A stretch of DNA of 64,000 nt from NCBI GenBank assembly GCA_032128875.1, contig JAVLKG010000003.1:129008-193007 (forward strand). The letters are read 5' to 3'. Position 1 is the stretch's first letter. The number at the start of each line of letters is the position of its first letter. The position numbers were made by a program, and so were the translations under genes. The notes under the pieces are model-generated. The model did no database searches. It was given only the letters and a program-made list of their open reading frames with translations, and was not told the origin of the DNA. This document shows, piece by piece, positions 58,704-64,000 of the stretch. Source of the DNA: Candidatus Melainabacteria bacterium 17Bon1m. GTDB lineage: Bacteria; Cyanobacteriota; Vampirovibrionia; Obscuribacterales; Obscuribacteraceae.

Positions 58704-60830
58704 TTACTTATTGCCAGTGCCAAAGTGATCTTCGCCATCCGGCAAAATCCGGGTGAGATTGTTGTGAGTCGGTAGACCAATGTATTCCCATTGAAACGGC
58801 AGCAGAACTGATGGATCATATGTCAACTTGTTTCGATACCAGATATCGATTTTGGGATTGGCTTTCTTCAACTCCGCTGAGAATGCGTTGACGTCCTTTG
58901 TCGGCCATGTCGCCGGCACGATTTCGAGTATTCGTAGGTTTTTCAATTTAACCAATGACTTAATGCATTTCGGGGTGACGTGCGATTGGCTGAGATCAAG
59001 CCATTCTAAAGTTTGCATATTCTCTAGATGTTTGACCCCTTCATCCGTAATCAAGTTGTTTGCCAGGTTTAGTACTCTGATTGTTTTGCTTTTACCAATC
59101 AGCTTGAGGTCGCTATCACCCATTGCGTTGGTAGCAAGCACGAGCTCTTGTAGGTTTTTAAATTTCGGAATTAGTTTAAGAACATGCTCCGGCGCGTTTA
59201 GGTGGCTGATGTCCAAAAACTGAAGATTGAGGATCTCTTTGTATTTCGCTAATTGAGCGCAATCAACATCGCACGTCGAGAGATTCAGAAAAATCAAGTT
59301 GGGAAGATGCGGGAGAATTTCCAGATCTTTGTCACCAAATGTGGTGCCAGATACATTGAGGCAGCGCAGGCTGGTAAACTCTTGGAACTTAGAGTAAATT
59401 GAGGAATTCCCCGCGCTGCCCTTGTAGTCCAATACGACTAAATCATCCGGTCGAAATCGAGTTAGCAGGCTCGGATCTTTATCCACTTCATCGTCTAACA
59501 TCAAACCGACATCGTCGGCCATGCCCAACTTGATTTGCCCACTGGCAGTTTTGAACCTATTGTTTCTCAAGATTATCGTGCCGACCGAGAAGTCCGGAAA
59601 GCTAAAAACCTTCAAACGCCCCTCGATTTGCGACCAGTACTGCGGGTATGCACCAGCGGTTTTTGGTGGAGGCGGAGGCTCTGGTGTTGTGTTTTTGAAA
59701 AACATTGACGAGCTTGCTACACCAAGACCGTAGATCAGAGCGCCAAAGGCAGCCATCTTGAGCACGTTGCCCATTCCATTTGTCTGAGCCGACTCAATCT
59801 TTTTAGTTTGAATGGTCCGTTCACGAATGTCGGATGCTTTGTATTTTCCGCTTGCGGTAATGTTTTGATTGCTGCCGCCGTCTTTCATGTCTCGCTCTAG
59901 CGCAATCAAGTCGGTCGCCAATTGGTGCGCTGATTGGTAGCGTTTTTCGGGATCTTTCTGTAACAGCAATTCGATAATAAGTTCGAGCGCTGGCGGATAG
60001 TTTCCACCCATCGATGCTTCCTTCAGCGACATTTGTTTTTCGCCTTGATGTTTCATCATTGTGGATAACGCCGTTTCGCCCATGAATGGTGGCGCGCCGG
60101 TCAACGTTTCATACATGACGCAACCCAAGGAATAGAGGTCGCTGCGATGATCGACCGGCAAACCCATACACTGCTCAGGGCTCATGTAGAAAGGGCTTCC
60201 GAAGATTTCTCCAGTTTTCGTAAGCGTCTGTTGATTGAATTCATCGACGCCGGTCAACTTAGCAATACCGAAGTCCACGACCTTGACGCTTTCGCGCTCG
60301 TACTCCCCCTTGGGTGGCACGATCATAATGTTGCTAGGTTTCAAATCCCGGTGAACAATGCGCTGCGTGTGGGCGCAGTCAATGGCAAATGCGACCTGGA
60401 TAAACAGTGCGATGGCGCGCTCTGTAGGTAAGTGGCCGAGCCTTTTGATCTCGTCCGCCAGCGTTTGCCCTTCAATGAGTTCCATAAGGAAAAAGGGTTG
60501 TCCTTTTTCAAGCAATCCGAATTCAAAGACTTTGAGCAAATTCGGATGGTCTAGCAGTTGAGCCGCTTTTGCTTCATTTTGAAAGCGCTTCCAGCTTGCA
60601 TCTGCGGCTTCCTGAGATTTGTTGAGGCATTTGAATGCAAACTGCTTTTCCAGCAAAAGGTGATCCACCCGATAGACGCTGCCCATCCCGCCCGCGCCGA
60701 GCAGTTCGATCACTCTAAATTTGTCGAGGAGAATCGTGCCAGGTGCAATGGTCGCATTGACTGCACCCGAAAGCACCTGTGTGCTTTCGCTGTCATGCAA
60801 GTTGTTCTGATATGAATTCTCCATGTGCAT
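58704..60830 (-). CDS. Hanks-type Ser/Thr kinase with TM segment and C-terminal LRRs
   Basis: 'GAGGMG', 'HRDLKPSN', 'DFG', 'YMSPE'; LxxLxLx repeats. Confidence 0.95.
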   Translation of the reverse strand: MHMENSYQNNLHDSESTQVLSGAVNATIAPGTILLDKFRVIELLGAGGMGSVYRVDHLLLEKQFAFKCLNKSQEAADASWKRFQNEAKAAQLLDHPNLLKVFEFGLLEKGQPFFLMELIEGQTLADEIKRLGHLPTERAIALFIQVAFAIDCAHTQRIVHRDLKPSNIMIVPPKGEYERESVKVVDFGIAKLTGVDEFNQQTLTKTGEIFGSPFYMSPEQCMGLPVDHRSDLYSLGCVMYETLTGAPPFMGETALSTMMKHQGEKQMSLKEASMGGNYPPALELIIELLLQKDPEKRYQSAHQLATDLIALERDMKDGGSNQNITASGKYKASDIRERTIQTKKIESAQTNGMGNVLKMAAFGALIYGLGVASSSMFFKNTTPEPPPPPKTAGAYPQYWSQIEGRLKVFSFPDFSVGTIILRNNRFKTASGQIKLGMADDVGLMLDDEVDKDPSLLTRFRPDDLVVLDYKGSAGNSSIYSKFQEFTSLRCLNVSGTTFGDKDLEILPHLPNLIFLNLSTCDVDCAQLAKYKEILNLQFLDISHLNAPEHVLKLIPKFKNLQELVLATNAMGDSDLKLIGKSKTIRVLNLANNLITDEGVKHLENMQTLEWLDLSQSHVTPKCIKSLVKLKNLRILEIVPATWPTKDVNAFSAELKKANPKIDIWYRNKLTYDPSVLLPFQWEYIGLPTHNNLTRILPDGEDHFGTGNK

Positions 60831-60909
60831 AGCTTAACCGATCGGCAAAGGCCCGCAGCCGTCGCTTTGCAAGCCCGGGGCGCTTGCGGTGGTTGGTTTT
60901 CGAGGTTGG

Positions 60910-61629
60910 TTACCGGGAGGTGTGCAGTTTGACTTTCGCGCTTTTGCTGGCGACAAGACCATTTACCCAATCTCCCAGCTCGCCGCCGGATTTCCAAATC
61001 AAGTGCGGGCAGTCGTCGTCGAGCCTGTAGACCGTGTACATGTGGTAATCGGTGTCGTCGAGTTTTTCATGCAAGAATGCGATTTCCAGTTTGCCGTCTT
61101 TGTCAGCGTCGATTGCGACTGGTTGTTCTTTTGGCAATGCGGTCAAAGGATCAACCAATTTAACGTATTCATAAGGCGGCGTGATCTCGGTGAGAACAAC
61201 CTTTCCGCCCTTCGAGAATTGAGTTGCCGCGATCCACTTGTCGAAAATCCAGCCTGTGCGCAGAGCGTATTTGCCGACCTTGCTTTCCTTCCACTTCAGT
61301 GAATTTAGAAACGGCTTGTCACGCTCAGTGACCTGCTGTATGGTCCAAGACTTGCTGGTGCTGCCGGTATTTGCGGAGTCTTTGGTTGGCGAATTCCACT
61401 GCATGTCTTTTACTTTCTCGCGGTCTCTAGCCATGTTCATCACATGTTGGGAGAAGCCTTTGTCAGGCTCTGCGAGTGCTGGGATTGAGCGACTAGATGC
61501 GAACACAGCGCAAAATGCCAAGGCAACGCCACAACGGAACACAGGGCACGCTGCCAAAGCAGTGCCGAAAAGCTGCGCTTTATGCGCTCTACGCCCTCTT
61601 TCTGGCGTTTTGGCGAATTTGAACTTCAT
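60910..61629 (-). CDS. Hypothetical exported protein
   Basis: Hydrophobic N-terminal segment; 'DADKDGKLEI' loop. Confidence 0.65.
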   Translation of the reverse strand: MKFKFAKTPERGRRAHKAQLFGTALAACPVFRCGVALAFCAVFASSRSIPALAEPDKGFSQHVMNMARDREKVKDMQWNSPTKDSANTGSTSKSWTIQQVTERDKPFLNSLKWKESKVGKYALRTGWIFDKWIAATQFSKGGKVVLTEITPPYEYVKLVDPLTALPKEQPVAIDADKDGKLEIAFLHEKLDDTDYHMYTVYRLDDDCPHLIWKSGGELGDWVNGLVASKSAKVKLHTSR

Positions 61630-61821
61630 ACACTAACCTTACCCACTGGCCTGGCGAGGCAAAAGGGTGAAAACCCTGGGCTGTTCGCGTCAGGGCGAAG
61701 GGCTTCGGCCGGCTTGCATCGAAAGCAGGTCTTATCTGTAACATCTTTCTTGACGAATACTAGACGACCGGTCTAATATTGGTTAGGGTAGAATGGTCGG
61801 ACCAATGGAGGAGGAGACGTC

Positions 61822-62820
61822 ATGGCAACCGGAGTTAAGACAAAAGTCCAAGGGATAAGGATTTCGAAGACTGGTGAGGCAGACGTCCTCAAATTGGAAG
61901 ACTATGAGTTGCCGGCGCCTGGACCAGGCGAGGCGCTGATAAGGCTTCATGCGGCGGGGCTTAATTTCCTCGACATCTACCAGCGCCGTGGCAGTCTCGG
62001 GTACAGCCTGCCGTTGCCCTACACGCCAGGGCATGAAGGTGCAGGTGTTGTAGAGCAAGTTGGGGAAGGGGTCACTGTTGTAAAACCGGGCGACAGGGTC
62101 GCTTACACGAGCGTTTTAGGTTCGTATTCGCAGGCTATTATTGCTCCAGCCGACAAGCTCGTCATTCTTCCATCCGAATTGAGTTTTGAACAAGGTGCCG
62201 CGTTTCCCCTTCAGGGCATGACCGCCCATTATTTGCTGCATGAATATCACCAGATCAAGAAGGGCGACACTGTGTTGATCCACGCTGCAGCCGGTGGCAT
62301 GGGGTTGCTTTTGGTTCAGTGGGCGAAACATTTGGGTGCTGAAGTTTTTGGCACAGTGTCCAATGAAGAGAAGGCAAAACGCGCTAAGGAAGCCGGTGCC
62401 GATCATGTAATCAATTACACTGAAAAGGATTTCGTCGCGGAAATAAAACGCCTTACAAATGATAAGGGGGTCGATTTCATTATTGACGGAGTCGGCAAAG
62501 ATACATTTGCGAAAAACCTTCAAGCAGTGGCTACACGCGGGCATGTTGTCATATTCGGTGCGGCTAGTGGTGTGGCTGATCCGGTAGTTCCTAATGCGTT
62601 GATGTCGCGTGCTATCACCATATCCGGTGGCAGTCTGTATAACTTTTTGCGCGACCGCGACGAACTTTTGAAGAGAGCGAATGATGTTCTTGCCGGCATC
62701 AAAGAAGGTTGGCTGAAACTGACAATTGATCACGTTTTGCCACTCGGCGAGGCTGCCAAAGCACATGCGCTTTTGGAAGACCGAAAGACGATCGGTAAGG
62801 TCGTTTTGAAGTGCAACTAG
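61822..62820 (+). CDS. qor: NADPH:quinone oxidoreductase (MDR family)
   Basis: 'GLNFLD...G', 'PGHEGAG', 'HAAAGGMG', 'DGVG', 'GKVVL'; GGAGG RBS. Confidence 0.9.
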   Translation: MATGVKTKVQGIRISKTGEADVLKLEDYELPAPGPGEALIRLHAAGLNFLDIYQRRGSLGYSLPLPYTPGHEGAGVVEQVGEGVTVVKPGDRVAYTSVLGSYSQAIIAPADKLVILPSELSFEQGAAFPLQGMTAHYLLHEYHQIKKGDTVLIHAAAGGMGLLLVQWAKHLGAEVFGTVSNEEKAKRAKEAGADHVINYTEKDFVAEIKRLTNDKGVDFIIDGVGKDTFAKNLQAVATRGHVVIFGAASGVADPVVPNALMSRAITISGGSLYNFLRDRDELLKRANDVLAGIKEGWLKLTIDHVLPLGEAAKAHALLEDRKTIGKVVLKCN

Positions 62821-63789
62821 TTATTGTTGGTTCTGCTTCGTTTGAGCCAACTTGTAATTGACTTCGCGAACGTAGCCTTGGCCGGGCGCGCTGTCCATCA
62901 TGTTTAGAACGGCTGCCATCTTGGACATATCCGACAAGATGCGACGTTCTTTCACGCCTGTAGTATTTTGATTGATTGCCACGACGAGGTCGCAAGACTG
63001 CAATAACGTGTCAACCGAAAACTGATTTACGGCTGCGTATCCTTTCAAAACAACGGAAGCCTTGCGGCGGCCGATGCCGTCTCTAGGACGCAAATCGCTG
63101 CGCTTCAAAGTTCTCTCTGACGCAACTAATTCGAAACCTGGCTTCAAGGCAACAACTTTTGCGTCGTTACCTGTAAATGGCCCGCCTTCCAGCTTAATAC
63201 GTACATTGTTGCCGAGCCCATCGATGTTCATGACGCGAACAACTCCATCGGTGTTCTTGATCACCGCGTCACCATTGGCGGTGATTGCAATTTTGCCGAG
63301 ATCGGTTTTCACAAAAGCAGCTGTCGATGGTTTTCTCACGCTTACCAGCACCGCGCCGACTTTGAGTTCTACGGCAATGGGCGACGGGCGCGAATATGTT
63401 GTGTTTTGCTCCGCTCGAACTAAAACCCATTCGCCTTTGTCCTTGTTGTTTTCTTCCTTTGGAAAATCATTCATCTTCAATGGAATGAGACCGGACATCG
63501 CAGAAGGAATCTGGAGTGACGGCGAGTTGTACGCTGCACCTAGTGCCGGTCCGGGATTAGTTACATCGGTCGGAACGAAAATAGGCACACCGTCGCGATT
63601 TGGCGTGTTTACGATGGGGGGAATAATCAGCTTCGGCGGTTCTTGCTGAGGCGGAATATAGACAGGAGGCTGGACGCGCGGGCGGTCGTCGGGATCTCTT
63701 TGCGCAAAAGCGTTTGGCGATGCCATCGTCGCGATAGCAAGTGCGGTTGTTGCCAGAAAAACTATTTGTTTATTCCGAGTAGTCATCAA
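62821..63789 (-). CDS. Secreted hypothetical protein, FecR-like beta region
   Basis: Signal peptide ending AFA; Pro-rich linker; beta-rich domain. Confidence 0.7.
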   Translation of the reverse strand: MMTTRNKQIVFLATTALAIATMASPNAFAQRDPDDRPRVQPPVYIPPQQEPPKLIIPPIVNTPNRDGVPIFVPTDVTNPGPALGAAYNSPSLQIPSAMSGLIPLKMNDFPKEENNKDKGEWVLVRAEQNTTYSRPSPIAVELKVGAVLVSVRKPSTAAFVKTDLGKIAITANGDAVIKNTDGVVRVMNIDGLGNNVRIKLEGGPFTGNDAKVVALKPGFELVASERTLKRSDLRPRDGIGRRKASVVLKGYAAVNQFSVDTLLQSCDLVVAINQNTTGVKERRILSDMSKMAAVLNMMDSAPGQGYVREVNYKLAQTKQNQQ

Positions 63790-63831
63790 TAGTCGATCTC
63801 AAAATCAAAAACGAAGAGAGGGGTTTTCGAA

Positions 63832-63999
63832 CTACATCGAAACCAATGTCGGGTTGTAGGTCGTCACCATTTGGTGAACAAGCCTGAACACGTCGTGACT
63901 ATCGCTTGTGCGACCTTGCTCTTCGTAGCACCCTGCAAGCTTGACCAGGATGTTGCTCGCGTGCGGGTGATTGGGACCATATTCGTCCGACACCGCCGA
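63832..63999 (-). CDS. C-terminal fragment of a TPR-like protein running off the window
   Basis: Own translation: SAVSDEYGPNHPHASNILVKLAGCYEEQGR...LVSM*. Confidence 0.65.
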   Translation of the reverse strand, partial: SAVSDEYGPNHPHASNILVKLAGCYEEQGRTSDSHDVFRLVHQMVTTYNPTLVSM

Positions 64000-64000
64000 G

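Overview
Gene-dense, roughly 50% GC bacterial chromosome segment. Gene style (Hanks kinase-LRR, EF-hand/calpain, MshEN-TPR and WG-repeat proteins, an At5g03900-like cyanobacterial-type protein, no photosynthesis genes) suggests a non-photosynthetic cyanobacterial relative such as Obscuribacterales/Vampirovibrionia; this is inference only. Recognisable content: HicB-like gene, Ntox44 toxin, USP-SulP, two OmpR regulators plus a histidine kinase, LysM protein, bacteriophytochrome sensory core, persulfide dioxygenase-rhodanese, TonB-like protein, MocR regulator, ada/alkA-ogt, DHH phosphoesterase, CocE hydrolase, xdhAB and a separated xdhC, HAD-ATPase fusion and quinone oxidoreductase. No rRNA, tRNA, CRISPR array or transposase was seen. 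Top leads: (1) a tightly coupled four-gene PLP/sulfur operon (cysteine desulfurase, CooC-like ATPase with a CYH site, fold-III decarboxylase, cysteine-synthase/rhodanese fusion); (2) a shared motif L-[PG]-x-[LFM]-[EQS]-[LT]-[FTV]-D at residues ~47-72 of several signal-peptide-less, effector-like proteins, a candidate export or chaperone signal; (3) REP-like palindromes inserted in-frame in enzyme genes; (4) a phytochrome with no output domain; (5) secreted Asn/Trp/Gly low-complexity paralogs. All calls come from reading motifs by eye; no database search was run.
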